From Hyphochytrium catenoides (taxonomy: Eukaryota; Protista; Hyphochytriomycota), in contig FLMG01000956.1 of NCBI GenBank assembly GCA_900088475.1, positions 1 to 46,999 on the forward strand: a DNA stretch of 46,999 nucleotides. The letters run 5' to 3'. Position numbers and translations under genes: made by a program. Shown here in pieces: positions 34,194-46,999 of the stretch (within the stretch, counting starts at the first letter, position 1; every line of letters begins with the position of its first letter). The notes under the pieces were generated by a model. That model was not told where the DNA came from, did no database searches, and saw only the letters and a program-made list of their open reading frames with translations.

Positions 34194-34802
34194 TTAGAGC
34201 ACGTAAGCAGTGGCACCAGCAACAGCCATAGCAGTAACGTAGGCGAGAGGGGTGTAGAGGAACGGTGAAGAAGCTGCAGACTTCTCCTTGTTTCCAGAAT
34301 CAGCAGCTGTGGAGTTATTCGCGCCATCAGCGCCAGTGGTGTCCTCAGTAGGGACCTCTTCGGTCCCAGCGCTATTATCAGAGCCGCCTTCTGGAGATGT
34401 TTCTGAGTCAGGAGAAGGGGTTAAGTTGCTTTCGTCATCAGAAACTGCAGGGGCAGGCGTAGGCTTTATGGTCCTTTTGGGAGTTGGTGCGGGAGCTGAG
34501 GTGGTTGGAGAGAGAGAAGAAGAAGAGTTGGTAGGCGTGACATCCGGTGTGGTGCTGGTGGTAGGTGTGCCAGAAGGTGGTGCTGGTCCTACTGCCCCGC
34601 AGCACTCAAGAAGCTCCGTAGCGCCAGGTAGCGGCTTGGTACAACATCCAGCTGCGTCACCACAGCACCAGAGGGCAGTAGAACCCGTGCAGGTGCAGTT
34701 TCCATTCTTGCCAGCGCTTTGAGCCTCCGCAGGAGCCGCAATGAAGGTGCATAGTGCTCCAATGGCAAGGAGAAGTGCCGCGCCTCGTCTGGTGAAGATC
34801 AT
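34194..34802 (-). CDS. secreted, probably GPI-anchored surface protein: 8-Cys head + Ser/Thr/Pro stalk
   Basis: Signal peptide MIFTRRGAALLLAIGALCTFIAAPAEA; Cys-rich head; mucin-like/acidic linker; small residues SAASS then hydrophobic terminus PFLYTPLAYVTAMAVAGATAYVL. Intronless, 202 aa. Confidence 0.8.
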   Translation of the reverse strand: MIFTRRGAALLLAIGALCTFIAAPAEAQSAGKNGNCTCTGSTALWCCGDAAGCCTKPLPGATELLECCGAVGPAPPSGTPTTSTTPDVTPTNSSSSLSPTTSAPAPTPKRTIKPTPAPAVSDDESNLTPSPDSETSPEGGSDNSAGTEEVPTEDTTGADGANNSTAADSGNKEKSAASSPFLYTPLAYVTAMAVAGATAYVL

Positions 34803-35288
34803 CGTGTTTCTTAAGGGCGGTGATTGAGTGTCTGTCTCGTGGTGATGTGACTTCTAGTTGGCTGATTGCAGAATGGAAGGCTCGCTACCTTCCTTTCTCT
34901 CTCTCTCTCGCTCTCTCTCTCTCTCGTTTCTCCGGTCATTCTGGGTGTCTGATGACGAAATAAAGCAGACATCTCTCTCTCTCTCCTGGTTCTCTCTGTT
35001 CTCTCTCTCTCTGTTCTCTGTCTCTTCTGTCGGCTCTTTCACGTGTCCTACCTGAAAAAAAGGCTTTGGAGCTGTGAAGGGTTGGGAGGATACGAAGAAA
35101 AGGCTGTCCACCCAAATAGAGCTAGAACAGAGACAGAGCCTGAAGAGATACAAGGAGACAATAAAATAGACAGATGTAATATACAGCTTGATGAGAAAGA
35201 TCCAACAGAGAGAGTGTCTGAGCTTGATGATGCAAAGTGACTTGGATCAGTTTCTGATCAACCTGAGGAGAAGAAGAGAAAGAGAGAA

Positions 35289-35321
<33 letters not shown>

Positions 35322-35750
35322 CGTAGAACTAGAACTATAGAGGAGAGAAAAGAGAGAGAGAAAGGAGAGAGAGAGCGACCAAGAGAGAAAGAAATGCCCG
35401 CAAGTCTATGAGAAGAGTAGGAACGACCAGAAAGGGAGGAATATAGGAGATTGTGTCATAGAGAATAACGTGTGGCGAATGGAAGCAAGCGAGAATGAGA
35501 CAGAGGGGAAAGAGAGAGGATAGGGGGAGAATAGAAAGGAGAAACGAGAAGGGTAAGGAGCAGAGGAGGAGAGAGGGAGAGAGAGGCAGATACAGAGAGA
35601 GAGAGAGACAGAGAGAAAATAGATGACTAGGAAAGGCCAGGAATGACGGATTGAAAGAGAGAGAGAGAGAGAGTGACCCTGAGACAAAGGAGAGAAGCAA
35701 GAACGAGAAAGAGGAAAAAAAAGAGAGAGAGAGAGAGGGAGAGGGGGAGA

Positions 35751-35779
35751 NNNNNNNNNNNNNNNNNNNNNNNNNNNNN
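35751..35779. other. assembly gap (29 N) within a GA microsatellite
   Basis: Run of N flanked by (GA)n. Confidence 0.99.
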
Positions 35780-38700
35780 AGAGAGAGAGAGAGAGAAAGA
35801 AAGAGAGACAGACAGACAAAGAGAAGCAAGCATCCTTTAGGGTTGCATGGTGGGTCTGTTTCCCACCTGACAACCACAAGAACTGGCTCGGGTCTGAGGT
35901 AGCCGTTAGCACCTACCATGAGGCAGCATAAAGTTTCATTAAGGCAAATATACGAAAGGTTTCTCTAATAACACTATGTTTAGCTTGAAATAAACTGGTG
36001 ATAATTCTTGCAATGTTTCAACGGTGAAGATGGAGTGGACAAGCCTGCTGTGCGGTGGACAGGCAGGATGACAACCGAAGAGATTCTGGCGCAACCTCCA
36101 CCTTGCGACAGGACAACCAGAAGAGAGCTCAGAAGAGATCCTAGAGTTCTCGTCTCTCAAACCTGCTTTGCCCGAGCACGACGTTCAAGGAGTTCTTGAA
36201 CAAGCGTCCTATTATTCTTATCTAGGTTTTTTTAAGGTGAGAGCAGAGCTGACAGATAGTAGTGGTGTTGGTTGATGAATAGGAGACAGACATCATGGTT
36301 CTATCAGAGATGATACGCTGTCGTTTTCTACAGCTTCACTGACCGATGAAGGAGACAGGCGCAGATGATACGGTCAGAAGCTTTGAGGACGATGGAGAGA
36401 CAGATAAACGGAAACGTAATAGCGTCAGTAAAGTCTACAATAATTTGTCGCTCGTTCCTCCTCCCTGCGTGATGGGATGGTGAGGAGTGAGGAAGCGACA
36501 GACTTATAGTTCTAATAAGGCACACTGCTGCCTACCCGTGGTTGGTCCTGGTGGAGAGACCATACTAAGTGAAGGACGCCTTTACTATCGGCTTGCTGAC
36601 GATGAAGAAGAGACAGGTCGAGAGAAGAAAGCCAGGCCGCAGGTGCTTGCTCATCATGGTGAGGAGAGAGACCTCACCATGAATAATACGCAAGCAAGAT
36701 ACGCCTCTACCCGTTCTACCATTGTCGGTGATGATGATGAGACGACAGACTTGCTAATCATGAAAAGACAACCTCCTTATATTGTGAAAGGGACAGACCC
36801 CAAGATAGGAGAGAGGCCCCTACTTACTGCTGCTTGCCAAGTTGAGGAGACAGAACAAGTAAAGATGACTAGCCACTGCTCGCTGCGAAGGAGACGAAAA
36901 AAGCAATGAGAACAATAGTCCCCGTCTTCTCTTTTTTTCTTGTCTCGACTTCATTTGTCCTTCATCTTCACTTCTAAAACTACATCAAGAAGAAACAAAG
37001 TCCAGCTCCGACTTCGTTCTTCTAACCAAGAATGGCAGGCAGCGTTAACCTCTTGCTTCGGTCCATGGACGTTCTCCTTCGTTGTCTCCAGCACCAGCGA
37101 GGGAATTGAGCAGCATGTCAATCGGTCGCACTCCCCTGCGACATACCGGTACGCAGAAACCATTAACTAGGAGGAGCTTGGTGCTGCTCTTCCTACAGAT
37201 TAAGTCCAATCATCAGTCCAATAGCCATCTATAACTATCTCATTCGCTTTCTTTTTGAGCATTGTATCTTGCACCGACGAGTAAGGAGGAAAATGAAAGG
37301 AGAGAGGAAGGAGCAGAACTATTAGAAGGAAAATTGAAGGGGAGAGATCGCCGATAGGAGAGAAGGTACTACACAGGATCATGGCTTGACTAATCTTGAG
37401 ATATCGCTTCTTACGTCACTTCCTTGAATGAGTCGTCCTTGGTAGAAGAGACAAAACAGAGGGAGAAAAACGTAGGAACAGAAGAAGAGAAGAGGCAGTG
37501 AGCCATCAAGTGGCCAACATGAGATTGATTGATTAAACTATCGCTAGTGACCATGATGCCTGCTGGTACGGAGCTCATCACGGAGGTGGAGTCCAGAATG
37601 AGCGATAGAAAGAGAGAAGAACAAGGATGGCAGAAGATGCTTCCCCTAACAACTCCCTACCGCTTTCTAAACAAGGATGACCCATACGTTCCTCGGAAAG
37701 GCAGGAAACTAGTCGCACTCTGCTGGCTGAGGAAACTGCCATTCGGGAATCTTGTCTGCAGAGGTATCGCGATGAGGATGATCAAGCTCAAGTCTCAGAT
37801 AACCCTGTTGAGAAAAGAGAGGTGGACAAGGACAGCTCAGGCGGATGACCCTCCTTCTTCGATGACCTCATCGGCGATCATAGAGGAGAAGGCGGAAGCA
37901 ATCCTGGCTAAAAGAAGGAGGTGGGGCGCAAAGAAAAAGGAGGAGAAGAAACATTAAGCACGTGATATCTAACCCAGCAATGTTCGACCATCCGTCGTCA
38001 GTAGTAGGAGGGATGCAAATTTATTTGCTCTTTGATATCTAGAAGATCTCAATAAAGCTGATTCTACTTATCAAAAAGCTATTGCCACCTCTCGTTGTGA
38101 TGACTACTGAATGACTAGACAGAAGACTTCTGGTCAACATTATTGGAGACGGACAGCCTGCGAATAATCAATCCTTCTTGATGGCATGCTGGTGGGTACT
38201 GGTGCTGAAGATCTCATCAGCCTGATAGTCTATCCACTTTTCGTGCTTCCCCTTCTTCTGCGATCTTCATCGACACTACTCTTAATCAAGCTCTTGCTCC
38301 TCCACCAGCCAGCACCGACAAGTAACGCTACTACCTAGTAGCAACTACCTAGTAGCACCAGCGACGGTGGAGAAAGACCCGACCGACGACGCGATTAAGC
38401 GGTACTACGAGGAATTGAAGGAGAAAACGACGCTATAATTGGCTGCAGCCAGGAATTTATTGAATTTGGGGTCATCCAATCACAGCGTTCTTGAGACGTC
38501 CATAAACAGAACTCCGCTTTCACTGATCGCAGACATCGTTGCGGAGAATGTAAAGTCGTTTGTGGAAATCTCTGTAAACGGCATAGATTTCATTCAGTGT
38601 ACCGTGCGAAATCCTCTACCCAAGTGTTTAGTAAGGACACAAACAGTCAGAAGTAGCTCGCTCTGCGCTCTGCTAGATTGTCATGATGGTGAAGTTACCA

Positions 38701-41134
38701 AGGACAGAAAGAGCCGGACATGGCCAAGGCTCGTGCCGAAAGAAGGACGAAGCAAGGCCGCAAGGTTAGTCAGTAGAAGAGAATCTACCCAGTCAAACCC
38801 TCCTCCTCCCCACCACCACCGGCTTCCTTCTTTCCTTTCAGCAATAGGCTGGCGGTCGTCGAACTCTCTAGAAGTAGTTCTTCTAGTGAGGATATCTACC
38901 CATATCCAGCGATCCAACGCCCAGATGGTACGCAGTCGCCTTCCCTTGCCACGGGCAATCCGTGAGGATCATCTACAGCAGCACCAATAGCAGCAGCAGA
39001 GGGTGCGGCGAAGAAGGAGAGGAGGAGGAGCAGCAGACGGAGGAGACTTAGTATAGTAGTAATCGGCCTCAAGAAAGCGTAAGAACTAGTGGTAGGTTTA
39101 TTCCTAGGATGGCAGTGTAGAGATTTGTAGTACTTCTTTAATTCTTTGTAAAACTGGATAATAAAAGTAGTAGTCGCTAGAAATAAGAACCTCTGTTGGG
39201 CCATCATGTGAGACTATGATTCACTCGTCTGCTGCCAGCAGCCCGCACCGTCCCTCACCATTGCCCTTTTGAATGAAGCCAAGAACAGGCTCATGCTTGG
39301 TGACTTCCTACGTACCACTATTATTGCTGACTGTTCTACTACTGCTAATGACTGACGTCTCACAGATCAATGGTTCTGAGGGGAGCAGGAGGTCATGGAT
39401 AAAGCTAGCCAACGGACGACAACAGGAGAGAAAGGAAGAAGAGAAAGTTGAGCCTCTCCCTCCATCTCATCAAGAAGTCTGCTTTCTTTAGGAGTCTGGA
39501 GCCTCAAGAAGAGTGCAACACCGTCAGCGGAACTAATAACAGAGGGATAAAAGTGAATCCAGGACTCCCGGGGTGAGAGAAAGAGTTTAGAGAGGTGTCA
39601 CCATAGGCTGTTTATCAACCCCTCCCAGCATTAGACAGAGCAGAAGAGAGATATTTCGCTCTGGACCACGTTGTCCGTTGGACTGTCTCAACTGGCCACT
39701 AGCCGGTACCGGCTCCTAGAATTATCCCTAGTTATACTATAGCGTTTACCGAATAAATCGCCTGCATAAGAATTGCTGCCTTGCCCTCTCAGGCGCTGAT
39801 TGGAGGAAACCTCTCACGCTCACATTAGAAACAGAGCATGAACGACAAATGGCATGACAGTCTAGAATATAATTTATGCGGATCTGTGATAAACGACAAA
39901 TATAGAGAGCAGTTCTAAATAGTACGGGTTTCCCCATAATCAAGGTTTGGATCGTCAACAAGTGGTTCCGAGGAGGGAGGAATAATGATGAAGGGAATAT
40001 TCCCATGACGATCTACTGAATTATATAGAATATTTCAAGGCAGTAGTATTCTGACCAATGTTACCAATGGAAAGATTCAAAGACCTTAGTTTTCGGAGTT
40101 TGTGTTTGGGGTTGACACCGAAGATTCATTTCTTACTACGCATGCGTTTCTCTGAGAATCATTTGGGCCAAAATCGGACTATTACTAACAGAAACGGCCA
40201 TGCTTCGTGTCCGACCCTCACAGCTTTGTGGTATTTGCTTAGCTTTGTGGTATTTGCTTCCGTCTCTCCCATCAACTCTGTCTCGATTCGATTGTTCAGT
40301 TTTCCTGTTGTTGACGTCTGTCGTCAACTCTGTCTCGCTCGGGGTGTGTCAACCTTTATCTTTTGACTCTCAGCCCCTTCCCCTAGTTTTATCCCACCAC
40401 ACTCTGGCTCAACCTCTTTCTCTCTCTCTCCCTCTTCTCTCTGTCTCTCTCTCTCTCTTGGCTCTCTCTCCCTTTCTTTCATCACTATCATCTCTCTCTT
40501 TCTTCCTCTCTCTTCACAGCATATGTCAGAAGCCCAAGAGAGAGAGAAGAGAGAGAGAGAGAATATGAGAGAAAGAGAGAAAGAAAGAGAGAGAGAGAGA
40601 AAGGGACAGAGGTGAGAGAGACAGAGTTCTCTTCTGGGAAGGGAGAGAGGGGAAAAGAGGGGAAGTGGAACAGCCTAGGTGACAGAGAGAACTGAGAGAA
40701 AGAGGCAAGAGAGAACAACACCACACAGGAAAGAAGACACCCAGGAGAACGAACGTTGCGGTCATAAAAGCTTAGCCGGTTGCTACCGTCCTTCCTGCGC
40801 TTGGCAGACACGCGCCCTTGAGACTTGGACCTCAGTCTGGAAGCTAGCAAGCTCTGATTCGGTGCTGGAAGAGAGAGAGAGCCAAAGAGAGAGAAAGAGA
40901 CTGACTGCCCCAGCTGCTCAGACTGGAAGAGAAGCAACCTACCTGTCTCTTTACAACTCATTTCTTCTCTTTCTCTCCATATCCATCATCTGTTAAGTCC
41001 TTCATCTTGGTCAGGAACATCCGTTGAGAGACAAACGTCGGTGGCGTCCGGGCTTCACTAAAGAGCGCTGCCATAGACTCTTTAGCTTTTTCTCCTGGTT
41101 CGTAGAGAAGAAGAAGGGAAGAGGAAAGGCAAGG

Positions 41135-44100
41135 ATGCCCGGCATGAGGACATCCTCCGCTCGGTCATCGGGCCGAGGGACGATGGACCAGAAGCCTCTC
41201 GCTCAGTATGGCGTCACGGTCCTGGAGCTGCGGAAGCTTTTGGAGACGCCAAAGGAGAATGGTGGGTCTCTTCTTTGCTCTTCCTCTTCCTTAGGTTCAA
41301 TGCGTTGCGCGCGCTAACGATTGCCGCCCCTTCTCTCTCTTGTCCATCGTGATCTGTCTACACAGCCATTGTTATGCTCCGTGAAGATTTTGGCGGCGTG
41401 GCTGGCATTGGAAAGAACCTGCACGTTGACCTCGACCAGGGGCTTACTAGCGACGATGACTTTGCCGGGTAGAGTCCTTGTGACTTTCTGTCGACCGCTC
41501 TTTCCTTCTTGCCATAGACTCTGTCTCAGACCTTCCGCTAAATGCTTCTCCACTTCCAGTCGCTGATATGTTGACGGAACCTCTAATGCTTGTCTCCTTC
41601 TATAGTCGCGAAGCGGTCTTTGGCTCGAACTACATCCCTCCGCCCAAGTCCAAGTCTCTGTGGGAGCTTATGCTTGACGCCTCTGAGGATCTGACGATTC
41701 GTGCCCTGGCTGTCTTCGGTACAATCTCTATCATTCTTGGAGCTACGGCTGGGAAGCACCCAGAGGTGGACTGGATTGAAGGCATGGCAATCTTAGTTGC
41801 TGTGGCCGTGGTCATCGTGGTGGCGGCCTTCAATGACTATCAGAAGGAGAAGCAGTTCCGCTCATTGAACGCTGTCAAGGAGGATGAGGGCATCAGCATC
41901 TACAGAGACGGAAACATCAGCAAAGTGTCCAAGTTCAAGATTGTCGTGGGAGACATTATGAAGCTGGAGGTAAGGGGCGCCTAAACTTCCTCTCTCTCTC
42001 TCTCTTTTTCTCTCTCCCTCTCTCTTTCCCTCTCGTTCCGTTCTTTCTGCTACTCTGCCTTGACCGACCCATTGCCAGGAGACTAAAAGGTTGCTTGTCT
42101 CTCTTCTTCCAGACTGGTGACATCATTCCTGCGGACGCAATCTTTATCTCTGGCAATGACTTGAAGGTAGACGAGAGCTCTCTTACTGGAGAGACCGACC
42201 TTGTCTCCAAGTCAACAGAGAAGGATCCATTCTTCCTCTCCGGCACCAAGGTAAATACGCTGATATTTCTTATCTACCGCACCATGGCTCAAAGAAAGAG
42301 TGTATCTCCTCACCTTATCAATAGGTCATGTCTGGCATTGCCCGCGTCCTGATTGTCGCGGTGGGATCTAACTCTCAAGCTGGAATCATCCAAACGCTGA
42401 TCAGAGGCAAGACTAGAGAAGAGATCAAGGAGGAGAAGCGGGAGGCCAAGAGAAAGGCTAAGGAAGCTGCTGAAGCTGGAGACGTTGAAGTTGCACTAAA
42501 CCCAGAGGAGAAAGTAGAGGAGGAAGATGAGAAGGATCAAGGCGCAGATCCCGATGAGTTCACGTCTCCCTTGCAAGTCAAGCTGGACAAGCTGACACTC
42601 TTCATTACCAAGTTGGGCCTCTTCGCATCCGTCGCGACGCTTGTGGTCCTCATTCTCCGCTTTGTGATCGAGACTTACGCCATTAGCGATGATGTAAGAA
42701 GCAGCCTAGCTTATTGCAACTCTTTCTCGACCTCTCTCTTTCTCTCTCCCTCTTTCATTGCAGGAACCCGCTCGGTACTTAGCTAAGTTCACGCTCTCAC
42801 TCTGTCTCTCTCTCTCTTCTCTTCGCTGCTTACAGCCCCACCCGAGTGGCACAGAGGTTACTCGTACCATCGTGGACTACTTTGTCATCGCCATCACTAT
42901 CCTGGTCGTCGCCATTCCTGAGGGTCTCCCGCTGGCCGTCACCATCGCGCTGGCGTTCTCTGTAAGGAAAATGCTGGCGGATATGAACCTCGTGAGGCAT
43001 CTCGCTGCTTGTGAAACTATGGGAAGCGCCACCACTGTCTGCTCGGACAAGACTGGAACGCTCACGACTAACAGGATGACGGTGATGAAGCTTTGGGCTG
43101 GAAATACCTTCTGCCTGCCACAACTTCCTCCAGAGGTTCGTTACAAAGCTTCCTTACTCTACAAGTCCCATATCTCTACTCTTTCTCTCTTCTTTTGTCT
43201 TCCTCTCATTTGCTTTCTGGTCTTCTTGAGAGAACGCTCTACATTCATACACCTAACTAGTGGGGACTAACCTTCTCACTCTTTCTCTCTCTTCCTTCGA
43301 CAGTTGACCTCTGAGAACTTCTCAGACATCTTCCGCAAGTCTGTGGCGCTGAACAGCACTGCCAACATCTCTCCACCTAAGGAGCAATTTGGACTGCCTG
43401 AACACCTTGGAAACAAGACAGAGTGCGCTCTTCTGCAATATGTGAACGATATGGGAGGACCTGACTACAAAGATGTTCGTGCTGGTAAGTCCGGGCTTCC
43501 CGATCACTTTCTCTTTCTGTCTTCTGGACTGTGCTTCCGCAACACTGTTCTTTTGTTTAACGGACACCTCTCTTGCTCTTTCTCCTTCGCTCTTTAATGC
43601 ATGCAGCAAGCGACGTTCTACGCATGTTCACCTTCAGCTCTGCTCGCAAGCGTATGTCCATCATCGTCAATGACCGCGATCAGCTTTACACCTTCACTAA
43701 GGGAGCCAGTGAGATTGTCCTAAAGCAGTGCAGCACGATGCTCAACCTCGACGGCTCTGTCGTGCCACTCACTGACAAGATCAGGCAGACGGTCATGAGT
43801 GGTAAGCTCCTCTCTTTCTCTCCCACTCTTTCTCTCTCTTTTAACTCTCTCCCTTATCAGATGTCATCACCAACTTCGCCTATGACGGATTCCGGACTCT
43901 CACCATCGCATACAAGAAGCTTCCGGCTGGCACCTCTGCGACTGAAAGTAAGAGTTAGCTTCTGATGAGTCTGTTCGTGCTCTCTCTTTTTCTCTCTCTC
44001 ATTCTCAGCCCCTCATTCTCTTCTGTATAAATGTGTCATCCCCTTAAATTCTGTTGTGGGCGCCTCTACCCTATTCCATGGAGGATAGAACTAACTGAAG

Positions 44101-46221
44101 CCGTTGCGTTTAGTCTCTGAGGAGGAGGCTGAGTCTGACTTGACGCTCATCGCCGTGGCTGCCATCGAGGACCCTGTCCGCCCTGAGGTGCCTGAGGCCA
44201 TCCAGAAGTGCGCCAGAGTGAGTGCTTCAGCGCTTGAGTTCAAGATAGAGCTATGGCTAATGCTTCTCTCTTCCTCTTTCTCTGTCGATAGGCTGGTATT
44301 ACTGTCCGCATGGTTACCGGTGACAACATTGACACTGCTCGTGCGATTGCTAAGAAGTGTGGCATCCTTTCTACTGAGGACACCCGTCAACTGGTGATGG
44401 AAGGCCCTGTGTTCCGCTCTCGTGTGCTCAACAGGTCAGTATATGCGCTAATATCTCTCACTTGCCGTCTCTGTTCCATCTCTCCCTATCTCTCCTTTCC
44501 GTTCTTCCTATCTGGCCCTTCTTATCCGCTGACGCACTTGTCTTCTGCTTCTGCAGCAAGGGAGAGATTGTTCAGTCCGAGTTCGACCGCATCTGGCCGC
44601 ACCTGAAGGTTCTGGCTCGTTCTTCCCCTCAAGACAAACACACTCTGGTCACTGGTATCATGGCCTCCAACACTAAGGAATACGGAAGACAAGTGGTGGC
44701 TGTCACCGGTGACGGAACCAACGATGCGTAAGTTCTTTCTCTCTCTCTCTCTCTCTCAGTCCCTCTTCTTGACTTACCCGGCATCTCTCTCTTTTCTCTC
44801 TCTTTCTGCAGTCCTGCTCTTCGCAAGGCCAACGTGGGGTTCTCGATGGGTATCTCCGGTACCTCGGTGGCCAAGGATGCGTCTGACATTATTCTGATGG
44901 ATGACAACTTCGCCTCCATCGTGAAGGCAGTCAAGTGGGGAAGAAACACTTACGACGCTATCAGCAAGTTCCTGCAGTTCCAGCTCACTGTTAATCTTAC
45001 CGCCATCACCACCGCAGTCACCTGCTCTATGATCATTGAAGACTCGATCTTCAAACCAGTGCAGCTTCTCTGGATCAACCTTATCATGGTGAGCTACTTC
45101 TCAGTGTCTCTCTCTCTCTCTCTCCTCAACGCCAACGCGTTGTGCACTACGCATTATAGTTATCCTCGCGGTCTGCCTGTCTTTCATGCTCTGATTGTCT
45201 CCGTCTCTATTCTTTTCTGTCTTTTCTTCTCTCTCGTTCTGTCTCTCTCTCTCTCCGGCGGTCCTTTCCGTGCACCGACATACACGGACTCATTCTCTTT
45301 CTCCCAGGACTCCTTTGCCTCTCTAGCTCTTGCCACCGAGCTTCCCACAGAAGCTCTTCTCGAACGCCGCCCTTACCCAGTGACCAAGCCTTTAATTTCC
45401 AAGAGAATGGCCAAGCACATTATTGGGCAGTCAGCGTATCAGCTCGCGGTCATCTACGTGATGGTCTTTGCAGGCAAAGACCTGTTCAATCTCTCGGACG
45501 AGGAAGACGGAAGGAGCGCAGAAAATGCCGACAAGCCTACGGTCCACTATACGCTGATCTATAACATGTTCGTCCAGATGACGCTCTTCAATGAGATCAA
45601 CGCCAGAAGGATCCACGATGAGCTCAACGTCTTCGAAAATCTTCATAAGAATCCGCTCTTTATTGGGATCTTCATCTTCCAGCATGTCGCACAGGCGTTC
45701 ATTGTCCAGTTTGGAGGCTATGCCTTTGGCTGCGATCCACTTAGCGCAGAGCAATGGGGCATCTGCCTTCTTGTTGGCTTCATGAGGTGTGTTTCTCTCT
45801 CTCTCCCTCTCTCTCTCTCCCTCTCTCTCTGTGCGTTGTGTGTGTGTGTGTCAAACAGGTAGCTCACTACGCTAGCGCTTCTTCTTTTGAGTTTCCCTGT
45901 CTGGCCCGTTCTTCTGGCGGTATCCTCTCTCTACCCAGGCTACCTCGTTCTTACACTTTCTCTCTCTTAATTCCCAGTCTGCCGATCGGGTTTGCTCTCC
46001 GATTCATCCGTGGCTCTCGCCTTCCTTCCTGGTTGAAGTTCTGCCGCGCGGACATGGAAGACGTCCGTCCTCCTGCTACTTATGGCAAGCAGCTCTGGAT
46101 CAGAGGACTCAAGCGTCTTCGCACGCAGATCCGCGTGGTCAAGGCTTTCCAGTCCACTCTGCCTGATTTTGAACACTATAAGATTGAGATCCCCGCTGCC
46201 AAGCGTAAGCAGATGCCTTAA
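41135..46221 (+). CDS. PMCA: plasma-membrane-type Ca2+-transporting P-type ATPase (P2B/PMCA), 15 exons: 41135-41261, 41366-41468, 41606-41969, 42113-42250, 42325-42693, 42836-43135, 43304-43484, 43607-43801, 43861-43947, 44114-44217, 44292-44434, 44557-44727, 44812-45088, 45308-45786, 45978-46221
   Basis: [117 protein letters not shown]. All introns are GT-AG with consistent phases. Confidence 0.95.
46081..46152 (+). other. C-terminal calmodulin-binding/autoinhibitory motif of PMCA
   Basis: [24 protein letters not shown] closely resembles the animal PMCA motif [22 protein letters not shown]. Confidence 0.85.
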
Positions 46222-46999
46222 AACAGGAACAGAGAGGGAGAAAGAGAGAGAGAAAGAAAAAGAGACAGACATGAGCAGTGTAAGGCGCAAGTTTTGGGCC
46301 TGGATACTCTTTTTTGCTCTTTGCATCGCACCACAGCGGAGGCTCTACCTTCTTTTACATTCTTACCTCCTGCGCTTCTTCTCTCTCCGTCTTTTGCCTG
46401 CGATCTCTCTTCTGCCCTGTCCTCTGAAGGGAAGGCTTGTACTCTAACTGCTGGAGGAGACAGAGTTAACTTCTTTAAATGAACATTCTCACTTTGCATT
46501 TAGATTGAGCTTGTCGCTTTGCTCTTGGCCACCTTTTGGGGAAGGGAAGAGAGAGAGAGTCTGACTTTTGCTACTTGCAGCTGGGGCGAGAGAAGAGGCT
46601 TGCAAAAAGAAAAACGTGTTTTGAAGTAAACGGGCAAGAGAGAGAGAGAGAGCCGACAACGCGGAAGAGAATAATGGCTAGTCCAACGTCTCTCTTCCCT
46701 AGCATCTCATTCCTTCTTTCTTCCCCTCTCCGGTCTCTGGTTGATACTACGTCTCTCTTTCTTCTCCTCTTTCTCTGTCGCTCTTGACACCTCTCTCTTT
46801 TATCCTCTCCTTCCTACGTAACTGTCTGTGACCTTCTTCTCTTCTTTATGGCCCACTTAGCTCTTTCTGTTCCGACGTTTAATCTCTCTGTAGGTGTCCG
46901 TGCTATCTGTCTCTCTCCTTTCTCTTCCTGCCGCTCTCTTTCAGTCCGACAGTGTCGGAAGATGAAAAGTTCCGTCTTTTCTCCAGAATTGTTCCCTCG

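Noticed and set aside
35939-37957. Short ORFs (36487..36909, 37529..37957) as genes
   Set aside because: No recognisable motif or consistent exon structure; possibly decayed fragments but unsupported.

Overview
Eukaryotic (protist-like, taxon not determinable) genomic DNA with short CT/GA-microsatellite-rich GT-AG introns and one N gap. The left third encodes a giant, almost intronless RNF213/mysterin-like AAA+ ATPase-E3 ligase (~5,090 aa). It is split by one frame change at ~9.5 kb and carries a variant RZ finger with no recognisable RING. The stretch from 15.5 to 29 kb is a decayed accessory zone: a bacterial-type GFA pseudogene, a chimera joining the 5' half of an LPCAT/LPEAT acyltransferase pseudogene to the 3' half of a VIT1/CCC1 iron transporter, a compositionally odd low-complexity tract, and a 5'-truncated DIRS-superfamily tyrosine-recombinase retroelement whose apparent empty target site survives in a neighbouring duplication. 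The right part holds a multi-exon hypothetical gene, an intronless GPI-anchored Cys-rich surface protein and an apparently intact 15-exon PMCA-type Ca2+-ATPase. All family assignments come from motif recognition by eye; no searches were run.
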